A DNA stretch of 32,000 nt from Candidatus Pelagibacter sp. (GTDB lineage Bacteria > Pseudomonadota > Alphaproteobacteria > Pelagibacterales > Pelagibacteraceae). This document shows positions 1 to 7,708 of this stretch, one piece after another; within the stretch, counting starts at the first letter, position 1, and every line of letters begins with the position of its first letter. Location of the stretch: NCBI GenBank assembly GCA_002689925.1, contig NZIO01000031.1:2982-34981 (forward strand). Direction: 5' to 3'. The position numbers and the translations under genes are program-made. A model generated the notes under the pieces. The model searched no databases. It saw only the letters and a list, made by a program, of their open reading frames with translations, and was not told where the DNA came from.

Positions 1-938
1 AAAAAATGATCTTTATTTGTTTTTAATTTATGAAAATTAATATTAATAATAAAAAGATGAAAAGAAGGTTTATTATCACATTTAGGTATTGAGGTTATAT
101 CTTTATAGTTTTTAAAAAATTTTATATAATTATTATAAATTTTATTTCTGTTAAAAATTAATCTATTAATTTTTTTTAACTGTGAAATTGCCAGAGCACA
201 ATTTATATCACTTATTCTATAATTTAATCCAACGTTGCTTACATTATACTTCCAATGAAACTTATGATTTTTTTCTATTCCATGAGCTCTAAATAACATC
301 ATTTTTTTAAACAGTTTTTTATTATTGGTGCTTGCTATACCACCTTCTCCAGAAGTAATAGTTTTAACAGGATGTAAAGAAAAGGTAGAAATATCAGAAT
401 GTTTACATGAACCTATTGAGATATACTTATTATTATATTTATATCTAGCTCCTAACGAATGACAAGAGTCTTCAATTAAATAACATCTATATCTTTTTTT
501 TATATCATAAAAGTCAGTAATATTTATTGGGTAACCACCTAAAGACATTGTAACTATAGCTTTAATTTTTTTTATTTTATTTTTTTTTATACATTCGATT
601 AATGTTTTTGGTGTCATTTGTCCTGAATGGGCATCAATATCTGCTAAAAAAATTTTAGCATTCATTAATTTGCTTAAATTATAAACTGCAATAAAATTTA
701 CTGCTGGCATTATTATCACATCATTTTTTTTTATATCTATAGAGCTTAGAGCGAGATGTAATGCTGATGTTCCACTACTGCATGCAATAGTATATTTTGA
801 TTTAAAATATTTCTTAAAATTTTTTTCTAAGTTGGTGACGTACTTACCTCCAGATATAAAATCACTCTTTAAAGCCTTATATACAGCTTTCATATCTGAG
901 GTATTTATTGATTGTTTACCGTAAGGTATTAATTTCAT
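1..938 (-). CDS. pseC: DegT/DnrJ/EryC1-family PLP aminotransferase, PseC-like (UDP-4-amino-4,6-dideoxy-N-acetyl-beta-L-altrosamine transaminase type); partial, C-terminus lies beyond base 1
   Basis: Not in the supplied ORF track because it runs off the left edge. My minus-strand translation from the ATG at 938-936 reads MKLIPYGKQSINTSDMKAVYKALKSDFISGGKYV...CSSGTSALHLAL...STFSLHPVKTITSGEGG... The N-terminal IPYGxQSI and HPVKxITxGEGG (PLP lysine) are typical of the PseC branch. It starts 7 nt after the stop of the upstream minus-strand gene. Confidence 0.75.
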   Translation of the reverse strand, partial: MKLIPYGKQSINTSDMKAVYKALKSDFISGGKYVTNLEKNFKKYFKSKYTIACSSGTSALHLALSSIDIKKNDVIIMPAVNFIAVYNLSKLMNAKIFLADIDAHSGQMTPKTLIECIKKNKIKKIKAIVTMSLGGYPINITDFYDIKKRYRCYLIEDSCHSLGARYKYNNKYISIGSCKHSDISTFSLHPVKTITSGEGGIASTNNKKLFKKMMLFRAHGIEKNHKFHWKYNVSNVGLNYRISDINCALAISQLKKINRLIFNRNKIYNNYIKFFKNYKDITSIPKCDNKPSFHLFIININFHKLKTNKDHF

Positions 939-945
939 AATGTAT

Positions 946-2643
946 TTATTTCAGTTCTATTAAGTAATTACCCATTATTAAAATATCTATTGCTTTGTTT
1001 TGTAGTGTTTTTAAAGCTTCTTTTGGTTTACAAACTATCGGTTCTTCGTGAGCGTTAAAACTAGTATTAACTAACGCCATGTCACCAGTCAGCTCACAAT
1101 ATTTTTTTACAATATTATAATAATTAAGATTATCATTTTTGAATATTACTTGAGGTCTTGCAGTGCCATCTATATGTACAACAGCTGGATGCTTTTTTAT
1201 AAAATTGTTTGTACAGCGATATGTTCTTGTCATAAATTTACTTGCAACGTGGCTTTTATTCCAATTTATAAAACATTTTTTTGCATACTCCACAGGAGTT
1301 ACTGGTGCAAAAGGCATAAACTCTGTTCTATGCAATCTTTTGTTTAGCCAAGTGTTAATAGTAGAGTCTTTTGGGTTTGCTAGTATTGATCTATTTCCTA
1401 AGGCTCTTGGGCCATATTCCATCTTTCCATCAAATAAACCTATAATTTTTCCTTCTATTAATTTATTTGCTATAACGAGAGGTTTATTTTTTAAAAGTTT
1501 ATAATTTAAAATTTTGTAATTCTTTTTTAATTCTTTTAAAATTTCTTTATCTTTAAATATTGGACCTGAATACATATTATCAAATTTTACTTTCCCTTTT
1601 TTTGATAAATAGTATTTTGCTAAAGCAGCTGAACCAAAAGGTATGCCACCATCTGCCATATGAGGAAATACATATACATTTTTAATTCCTTTAATTTCTG
1701 AAACTATTTGATTAATTTTTACGTTTCCAAAAACACCCCCAGCTAAACAGATATTTTTAATATTTTTATTTTTTTTAATCCAATATTTAATCCAATTATA
1801 TATTATATCTTCACAATGTTTTTGTACTCCGGCTGCTATATCTTCTTTTGAATGTTTTTTTAATTTTATTAAAAGTTTTTTAGACAGTTTAGTATAAAAA
1901 GGTCTATATTCATTTAAATTACATTTAATTTCTCCATTCTTACAAGAAACAATTTTTTTAAAAATATTTATAGTTTTTTTTGGGTTTCCAAATGCAGCTA
2001 AGCCTGTAACTTTCCCTTCATGTTTATGAGGTGTAAATCCTAAATAATAAGTAATCTGTCCATACAAAAAACCAAGACCGTCAAACGCAGAAACAAGATA
2101 ACTTAATTCTTTAATACCTTTTTTAGAATCTCCATAACTAACTAAACCAGACCTCAAGTCTCCCCTTCCATCTAGTGTAAATATTAAGCTTTGTTTGAAA
2201 GGAGAAGAGCTAAAAGCTGACCACGCATGTGATTGATGATGATCTAAATATAAAATTTTTTTAATATCAATTTTAAGTTTTATGCATTCCTTTTCAAAAT
2301 CAACTCTTCTTTTATTATCTCTTTTATTTTCTACAATAACTCTTTCGTGAATTAATTTATATAAGTTATTATTTTTTTTACATTCTTCGTAAGCTCTATT
2401 AGAAAATTTGATATTATAATCACATATGTCATTTTTTTTCCCACACCATCCATAAGCAAAGTAATCTATATCTTTAATGTTTAAATTATGATTTGATAAG
2501 ATAAATTCTAAACTTTTAAATGGAAAACCTGCATACATTTTTTTCCGATTAAATCTTTCTTCATTGACAGCTGATATAACTTTTTGATCTTTGATTAAAC
2601 AAACTCCAGCGTCGCTAGCATTATGAATTCCTAAAATATACAT
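946..2643 (-). CDS. Carbamoyltransferase, NodU/CmcH/NovN family (sugar O-carbamoyltransferase candidate)
   Basis: 565-aa ORF. It has N-terminal YILGIHNASDAGVCLIKDQKVISAVNEERFNRKK, internal LDHHQSHAWSAF and C-terminal LVNTSFNAHEEPIV. Both the motifs and the length are characteristic of this family. Confidence 0.85.
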   Translation of the reverse strand: MYILGIHNASDAGVCLIKDQKVISAVNEERFNRKKMYAGFPFKSLEFILSNHNLNIKDIDYFAYGWCGKKNDICDYNIKFSNRAYEECKKNNNLYKLIHERVIVENKRDNKRRVDFEKECIKLKIDIKKILYLDHHQSHAWSAFSSSPFKQSLIFTLDGRGDLRSGLVSYGDSKKGIKELSYLVSAFDGLGFLYGQITYYLGFTPHKHEGKVTGLAAFGNPKKTINIFKKIVSCKNGEIKCNLNEYRPFYTKLSKKLLIKLKKHSKEDIAAGVQKHCEDIIYNWIKYWIKKNKNIKNICLAGGVFGNVKINQIVSEIKGIKNVYVFPHMADGGIPFGSAALAKYYLSKKGKVKFDNMYSGPIFKDKEILKELKKNYKILNYKLLKNKPLVIANKLIEGKIIGLFDGKMEYGPRALGNRSILANPKDSTINTWLNKRLHRTEFMPFAPVTPVEYAKKCFINWNKSHVASKFMTRTYRCTNNFIKKHPAVVHIDGTARPQVIFKNDNLNYYNIVKKYCELTGDMALVNTSFNAHEEPIVCKPKEALKTLQNKAIDILIMGNYLIELK

Positions 2644-2799
2644 TATTTGATTTTTAATAAAATTTTACAGATTATAGTAGTATTAAATTATCATTTAATT
2701 GCTAATTAATTAATTAAAAACACCATACAACATATAGTTGTATTTTATAAAAAATTATAATTTTTACACAAGATGTAGTTTTAAAAAAAAAACTTTACT

Positions 2800-2814
2800 G
2801 TTCAAACTTTGAAC
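2800..2814. promoter_or_regulatory. Perfect palindrome GTTCAAA-C-TTTGAAC, candidate operator
   Basis: Read directly: gttcaaactttgaac, with 7-nt arms and a 1-nt centre, located 29 nt upstream of the MarR start codon. Confidence 0.5.
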
Positions 2815-2823
2815 GATAAGATT

Positions 2824-2838
2824 GTTCAAGAATTGAAC
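2824..2838. promoter_or_regulatory. Palindrome GTTCAA-GAA-TTGAAC, candidate operator overlapping the translation-initiation region of the MarR gene
   Basis: Read directly: gttcaagaattgaac. It has the same GTTCAA/TTGAAC half-sites as 2800-2814, the centres are 24 bp apart, and it ends 4 nt before the ATG at 2843. Confidence 0.5.
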
Positions 2839-2842
2839 ACAA

Positions 2843-3148
2843 ATGAAAAAAAATACAGATCACTTTAACGTATTAAGAAAAATTCAAAATAGCCCTGGCT
2901 CTTCTCAAAGAGAATTAGCAGAAGACCTAGGTTTTAGCCTTGGTAAACTTAATTATTGTCTAAAAGCTTTAAAAAACAAAGGTTTGGTTAAAATAGATAA
3001 TTTTACAAAAAGTGATAAAAAAATTAATTATATTTACAACTTAACACCAAAAGGGATTGCTCAAAAAACTAAGCTAACTATCGAATTTATGAAAATAAAA
3101 ATGAACGAATATGATGAGCTGCAATCAGAATTAAAGGGAAAAAAGTAA
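2843..3148 (+). CDS. MarR-family winged-helix transcriptional regulator, EPS-associated subfamily
   Basis: 101 aa. The stretch LRKIQNSPGSSQRELAEDLGFSLGKLNYCLKALKNKGLVKIDNFTKSDKKINYIYNLTPKGIAQKTKLTIEFMKIKMNEYDEL closely follows the consensus I recall for small EPS-locus MarR regulators (SQRelA..LG.SlGk.NYclkAL..KGlvK..nF..S..K..Y.Y.LTPkGi). Confidence 0.85.
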   Translation: MKKNTDHFNVLRKIQNSPGSSQRELAEDLGFSLGKLNYCLKALKNKGLVKIDNFTKSDKKINYIYNLTPKGIAQKTKLTIEFMKIKMNEYDELQSELKGKK

Positions 3149-3149
3149 A

Positions 3150-3650
3150 ATGTGGATAGTAGCTAAAATAAAATTAAAAGAAATCTACAATTTTAAAAAA
3201 GAAATGAAAAAAAAACTAGGAAACGACATAGAGTTTTATTATCCAACCATGTTATTTAATAGTCAAAATAAAAATAAATCAAGAATTTTAAAAAAAATGG
3301 TTTTAGGTTCTTATATATTTTGCAAACACCAAAGTCTTGAAAAAAATGAATTATTAAATCAGTTAAAATTCACAGTCGGGTTAAATTATTTTTTATTAGG
3401 ATATAAATATCATCAAAAACAAATATTAAATTTTATAAAATATTGTAAAGAAAATGAAGATCTTAATGGAAATTTGAATCAGAGTTTTTTTTCAAATTTA
3501 TTAAAAACTTCTGCAAAGTTTATGTCAGGACCATTATCTGGTTTAATTTTTGAAGTTGTTAATAAACAAAAAAATAGATTATCAGTTTTAGTTAATAGTA
3601 AAAAAATAGTTGTAAATAAAAAATCAGGCTACTTATATTTACCTGTTTAA
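3150..3650 (+). CDS. NusG/RfaH-like specialised transcription elongation/antitermination factor (NGN + KOW)
   Basis: The ATG lies 1 nt after the MarR stop. By-eye alignment to RfaH gives an NGN domain: MWIV (WYxx), FYYPTM (xxPM), LGSYIFCK (FPNYLFV), VGLNYFL (GVSHFV). The C-terminal SGPLSGLIFEVV...RLSVLV is KOW-like. Confidence 0.65.
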   Translation: MWIVAKIKLKEIYNFKKEMKKKLGNDIEFYYPTMLFNSQNKNKSRILKKMVLGSYIFCKHQSLEKNELLNQLKFTVGLNYFLLGYKYHQKQILNFIKYCKENEDLNGNLNQSFFSNLLKTSAKFMSGPLSGLIFEVVNKQKNRLSVLVNSKKIVVNKKSGYLYLPV

Positions 3651-3732
3651 TGAAAAAAAGAAAAAAGCTTTTATACATTGACAATTTCTTAAAATGTCAA
3701 AGTGCGGAGCATTGATTAAATAATAAATTTAC

Positions 3733-4608
3733 GTGGGTACAAACACTAAAATTATAATAGGAACAGCAAATTTTGCAACTGAATATGGTATTTTGAAAAA
3801 AAAACCAATCAGTTTGAAAAATATTTCAAAAATATTTACTTTTTGTAAAAATTCAAAAATTAAATTTATTGATACAGCAAAAGCATATGGTAATTGTGAA
3901 GAAAAAATAGGAAAACTAAACTTAAAAAATTTTAAAGTCATTACTAAATTACAAAACTGTGAAAAAAAAAAAATTGATCACAAACAATGGGTAAGAAATC
4001 AAATTTTTAATTCTTTAAAATTATTAAACATAAATTCACTTTATGGAGTTTTGCTTCATAAACCTTTAGAGCTACTAAAACCAGGTGGAAAAGAAATTTA
4101 TTCTGCTTTAAAGAAACTTAAATTAAATGGTTATATTAAAAAAATTGGATTTTCAATTAATTCACCAAATGATCTAGATTTATTATTTAAAAAATTCAAA
4201 CCAGATATAGTTCAATCTCCTTTGAATATATTTGATAGAAGAATTGTAGAATCTGGTTGGTTAAGTCGTTTATCAAGCAAAAATATAGAAGTGCATGCAA
4301 GATCTATCTTTTTACAAGGCCTTCTTTTAAAAGAAAGAAAAAAAATTCCATCAAAATTTGCAGTTTATAATAAATTTTTTATTAATTGGCACAATTGGCT
4401 ATATAAAAATAATCAAAAACCACTTGAGGCTTGTTTAAACTTTATCTTTTCTCAAAAAAAAATAAATCAAATTGTAATTGGAATTGATAACTTGGAACAA
4501 TTAAAAATTATTTTAAAACATTCATATTCTAAAAAAGATTTACCACCTAAAAATTTATCTTCTAAATCATCTAAATTAATCAGCCCATCTGAATGGAAAA
4601 ATCTTTAA
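3733..4608 (+). CDS. Aldo/keto reductase family oxidoreductase (GTG start)
   Basis: 291 aa. N-terminal IIGTANFATEYG and IDTAKAYGNCEEKIG match the AKR signatures (lGt..fG, iDTA..YG.sE..iG). This is the first biosynthetic gene after the 82-bp leader. Confidence 0.7.
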   Translation: MGTNTKIIIGTANFATEYGILKKKPISLKNISKIFTFCKNSKIKFIDTAKAYGNCEEKIGKLNLKNFKVITKLQNCEKKKIDHKQWVRNQIFNSLKLLNINSLYGVLLHKPLELLKPGGKEIYSALKKLKLNGYIKKIGFSINSPNDLDLLFKKFKPDIVQSPLNIFDRRIVESGWLSRLSSKNIEVHARSIFLQGLLLKERKKIPSKFAVYNKFFINWHNWLYKNNQKPLEACLNFIFSQKKINQIVIGIDNLEQLKIILKHSYSKKDLPPKNLSSKSSKLISPSEWKNL

Positions 4609-5339
4609 ACATAACAGCATTAGTTCAAGCAAGAATGGGTTCTTCAAGACTTTATGGCAAAGTAATGAAGAAAGTTTGTGGAAAAAGTTTAATTGAATTA
4701 TTATTAAAACGATTATCCAAATCAAAATTAATAAAAAAAATAATTGTTATAACCCCAAAAAGTAATGAAAATGATATCCTTGCAAAAAAAGTTAAGTCTT
4801 TAGGTTATGACATTTTCAGAGGCAAAGAGAAAGATGTTTTAGATAGATTCTATCAAGCAATAAAGAAAGACAAACCAGAAATAGTTATAAGAATAACAGG
4901 AGATTGTCCTTTAATAGATTATAGGATAGTAGATAAGATGATTAAACTTTTTAAATCTAAAAATTATGATTATTTATCAAATAATGACCCACCCACATAT
5001 CCAGACGGACTAGACGTGGAAATGTTTAATTTTAAATCATTAGATTACGCCTGGAAATATGCTACTAAAAAATATGACAGAGAGCATGTGACTCCGTTCA
5101 TTAAAAAAACTAAAAAATTTAAGTGTAAAAATATAAAGCACTCTAAAGATTATAGCGACGAAAGAATTACTCTTGATGAACAAGAAGATTTTAAATTGAT
5201 AAAAAATATTTTTCAATATTTCTATCCAAAAATTTATTTTAATTGGTTAGAAATTATTAATCTTAAAAAAAAACGACCTTTATGGTTTAAAGTCAATCAA
5301 AACATTGAAAGAAACGAAGGATCAAAAAAATTAAATTAA
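4593..5339 (+). CDS. SpsF-type cytidylyltransferase-fold protein (CTP_transf_3-like)
   Basis: 248 aa. ALVQARMGSSRLYGKVMKKVCGKSLIELLLKRL and ITGDCPLID are typical of SpsF/FlmC-like proteins. It overlaps the upstream stop by 16 nt. Confidence 0.7.
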   Translation: MEKSLNITALVQARMGSSRLYGKVMKKVCGKSLIELLLKRLSKSKLIKKIIVITPKSNENDILAKKVKSLGYDIFRGKEKDVLDRFYQAIKKDKPEIVIRITGDCPLIDYRIVDKMIKLFKSKNYDYLSNNDPPTYPDGLDVEMFNFKSLDYAWKYATKKYDREHVTPFIKKTKKFKCKNIKHSKDYSDERITLDEQEDFKLIKNIFQYFYPKIYFNWLEIINLKKKRPLWFKVNQNIERNEGSKKLN

Positions 5340-5349
5340 ATTTTACAAA

Positions 5350-6672
5350 ATGAAAAAAAAGAATTTACTAAAAAAAGGACTAAAATTATATAAAAGAGCA
5401 AAAGAAATAATTCCTGGTGGAAACATGTTACTTTCTAAAAGACCAGAGCTTTTTTTGCCAGGTGGTTGGCCTCCATATTTTAAAAAAGCACAGGGATGTT
5501 TCGTTTGGGATATAGATAACAATAAATATATTGACATGAGTTTAATGGGAGTTGGAACTAACATATTAGGTTATTCTAATAAAATTGTAGACAAATCTGT
5601 GCAAAATGTAATTAAAACAGGTAACTTAAGCTCCCTTAATTGTGTAGAAGAAGTTCAGCTAGCTGAGCAGCTAATTAAAATACATCCTTGGGCAAAAATG
5701 GTGAAGTTTGCAAGATCTGGAGGAGAAGCTAATTCAATTGCAATAAGAATAGCAAGGGCTGCAAGCGGCAGAGATAAAGTTGCTTTTTGTGGATATCATG
5801 GTTGGCATGATTGGTATTTGGCAACTAATTTAGAAAAAAAAGGTAATCTGAATAGTCATCTTTTGCCTAGTTTAAAAATTAGGGGTGTTCCTCAAAATTT
5901 AAGAAATACAATATTCCCGTTTATGTACAATGATTTTAAACAATTGAAAAATATAGTGGACAGAGAAAAAATTGGAGTAATTTGCATGGAAGTTACTAGA
6001 AATGAATTACCAAAAAATAATTTTTTACAAAAAGTTAGAGATCTAGCTTCTAAAAAAGGTATTGTTCTTATTTTTGATGAATGCACCTCTGGATTTAGAA
6101 AAAATTTTGGAGGTATTCATAAGTATTTTAAAGTAAACCCAGACCTTGCTTTGTTTGGAAAGGCTTTAGGAAATGGATATGCAATTACATCAATTATTGG
6201 AAAAAAAGAAGTAATGGAGTCTGCTCAAGATAGTTTTATTAGTAGTACTTTTTGGACTGAAAGAGTGGGGCCAACAGCTGCATTGGCTACTCTAAGAACA
6301 ATGAAACAAACTAAATCATGGGAAAAAATAGATTCTAATGGAAAGTTTATTATTAAAGAATGGTCAAGACTTGCAAAAAAATATAATTTAGATATACAAA
6401 TCCAAGGTCTTCCTGCTTTGTGTAGTTTTTCAATTAAAAGCAAATATTCTAGGCAATATAAAACATTGATTTCACAAGAAATGTTAAAAAAGGGCTTTTT
6501 AGCTGGAACAGCAATTTATTCAACAGTTTCTCATACTAAAGAAATTTTAAATAAGTATTTTTATGAATTAGAAAGAATATTTAAGCTAATTCAAAGCTGT
6601 GAAGATGGAAGAAATATTTTTGATATATTAAATTACCCCACAGCACACTCAACATTTGAAAGATTAAATTAA
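5350..6672 (+). CDS. Class-III PLP aminotransferase, glutamate-1-semialdehyde aminomutase-like
   Basis: 440 aa. IPGGNMLLSKRP..., ARSGGEANSIAIRIARA, IFDECTSGFR and DLALFGKALGNGYA (PLP lysine) match the HemL-like layout. The glycan-locus context argues against a housekeeping HemL. Confidence 0.75.
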   Translation: MKKKNLLKKGLKLYKRAKEIIPGGNMLLSKRPELFLPGGWPPYFKKAQGCFVWDIDNNKYIDMSLMGVGTNILGYSNKIVDKSVQNVIKTGNLSSLNCVEEVQLAEQLIKIHPWAKMVKFARSGGEANSIAIRIARAASGRDKVAFCGYHGWHDWYLATNLEKKGNLNSHLLPSLKIRGVPQNLRNTIFPFMYNDFKQLKNIVDREKIGVICMEVTRNELPKNNFLQKVRDLASKKGIVLIFDECTSGFRKNFGGIHKYFKVNPDLALFGKALGNGYAITSIIGKKEVMESAQDSFISSTFWTERVGPTAALATLRTMKQTKSWEKIDSNGKFIIKEWSRLAKKYNLDIQIQGLPALCSFSIKSKYSRQYKTLISQEMLKKGFLAGTAIYSTVSHTKEILNKYFYELERIFKLIQSCEDGRNIFDILNYPTAHSTFERLN

Positions 6673-6677
6673 AAATT

Positions 6678-7700
6678 ATGAAAAAAAATAAGTTCAAATT
6701 ACCTTTTTTTATTGCAGAAATTTCAGCAAATCATTGTGGAAATTTTAATTTAGCAAAAAAATTAATTAAATGTGCAAAAGATAATGGTGCTGATGCTGTA
6801 AAATTGCAAACTTATACTGCAGATACAATGACTATTAAATCTGATAAAAAATATTTTAAGATTAAAGATGGTTTATGGAAAGGTTATCAGCTTTGGGATT
6901 TATACAACAAAGCCCATACTCCACTGGTATGGCACTCAAAACTTTTTAAATATGCAAAATCTATTGGAATCAAAATCTTTAGCACTCCATTTGATGAAAC
7001 AGCTGTAGATTTTTTAGAGAAGTTAAATTGTCCAATTTATAAGATTGCTTCATTTGAAATGACAGACATACCTTTAATAGCAAAAATTGCTTCAACAAAA
7101 AAACCTTTAATTATTTCTACTGGGATGGCAACTTTAGATGAAATTGAATTAACATTTAACACTGCAAAAAAATATGGCTCTAAGGATATTACTCTTTTAT
7201 ATTGTGTTAGTAATTATCCATCAAAAAATTCAGATTTTAATTTAAATAATATAAAAATTTTAAAAGATAAATTTAAATGTAGAGTTGGTTTTTCAGATCA
7301 TTCAAAAAATAATAAAATTGCATTAGCTGCAATTGCATCTGGAGCAGAAGTAATTGAAAAGCATATAGCTTTAGGAAATCAAAAAAAAGGACTTGATATT
7401 AACTTTTCTTTAAAAGGAAAAGAAATAGGAGTTTTTAGACAAATTATTGATGAAGCTTATAACCTATTAGGTAAAAAAAGATTCTACAGAAACAAATCTG
7501 AGGATAAAAGCAAAGTTTTTAGGAGATCTATATTTGCAATTAAAGATATAAGAAAGGGTGAAAAATTTACCAAAAACAATATAAAACGAATTAGACCAGG
7601 TTATGGACTGCCTCCACTTTATTATAAAAGATTGTTAAATAAAAAATCTTTAATTAATATAAAGAAAGGAACACCCTTAAAATTTAATAATTTCAAATAG
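6678..7700 (+). CDS. pseI: Pseudaminic acid synthase-like NeuB-family nonulosonic acid synthase
   Basis: 340 aa. FIAEISANHCGNFNLAKKLIKCAKDNGADAVKLQTYTADTMT...GLW...LY..AHTP..WH...YKIASFE...ISTGMAT...GFSDHS...VIEKH, plus a C-terminal SAF-like segment, tracks my recollection of Campylobacter/Helicobacter PseI closely. Confidence 0.8.
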   Translation: MKKNKFKLPFFIAEISANHCGNFNLAKKLIKCAKDNGADAVKLQTYTADTMTIKSDKKYFKIKDGLWKGYQLWDLYNKAHTPLVWHSKLFKYAKSIGIKIFSTPFDETAVDFLEKLNCPIYKIASFEMTDIPLIAKIASTKKPLIISTGMATLDEIELTFNTAKKYGSKDITLLYCVSNYPSKNSDFNLNNIKILKDKFKCRVGFSDHSKNNKIALAAIASGAEVIEKHIALGNQKKGLDINFSLKGKEIGVFRQIIDEAYNLLGKKRFYRNKSEDKSKVFRRSIFAIKDIRKGEKFTKNNIKRIRPGYGLPPLYYKRLLNKKSLINIKKGTPLKFNNFK

Positions 7701-7708
7701 GATAAAAA

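Larger units (their letters stand above)
2644..2842. promoter_or_regulatory. Divergent intergenic control region between the minus-strand carbamoyltransferase/pseC unit and the plus-strand 30-gene run
   Basis: This is the only long (199 bp) non-coding stretch in the window and it is flanked by divergently oriented start codons (2643 minus, 2843 plus). It contains two palindromes (listed separately). I could not pick out -10/-35 boxes with confidence because the background is AT-rich. Confidence 0.6.

Noticed and set aside
1150-1504. Two plus-strand ORFs (65 and 113 aa) inside the carbamoyltransferase gene.
   Set aside because: They are antisense shadow ORFs within a strongly supported 565-aa gene. 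Their hydrophobic F/I/L/C-rich composition is what the antisense of Lys/Asn-rich AT-rich coding sequence produces. I saw no motifs.
3678-3700. The inverted repeat TTGACA-N11-TGTCAA as a rho-independent terminator after the NusG-like gene, or TTGACA as a -35 box.
   Set aside because: The stem is only 6 bp and AT-rich, the loop is 11 nt, and there is no following T-tract. No acceptable -10 lies 16-18 bp downstream of the TTGACA. It is kept only as part of the leader finding.
3962-3973. Long poly-A homopolymers inside coding regions as possible slipped-strand phase-variation switches: A12 at 3962-3973, A12 at 10197-10208, A11 at 26749-26759, and many A8-A10 runs.
   Set aside because: They all encode runs of Lys (AAA) in an extremely AT-rich, lysine-rich proteome and are spread across nearly every gene, so they look compositional rather than targeted. 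Length polymorphism in population data would be needed to revive the idea.
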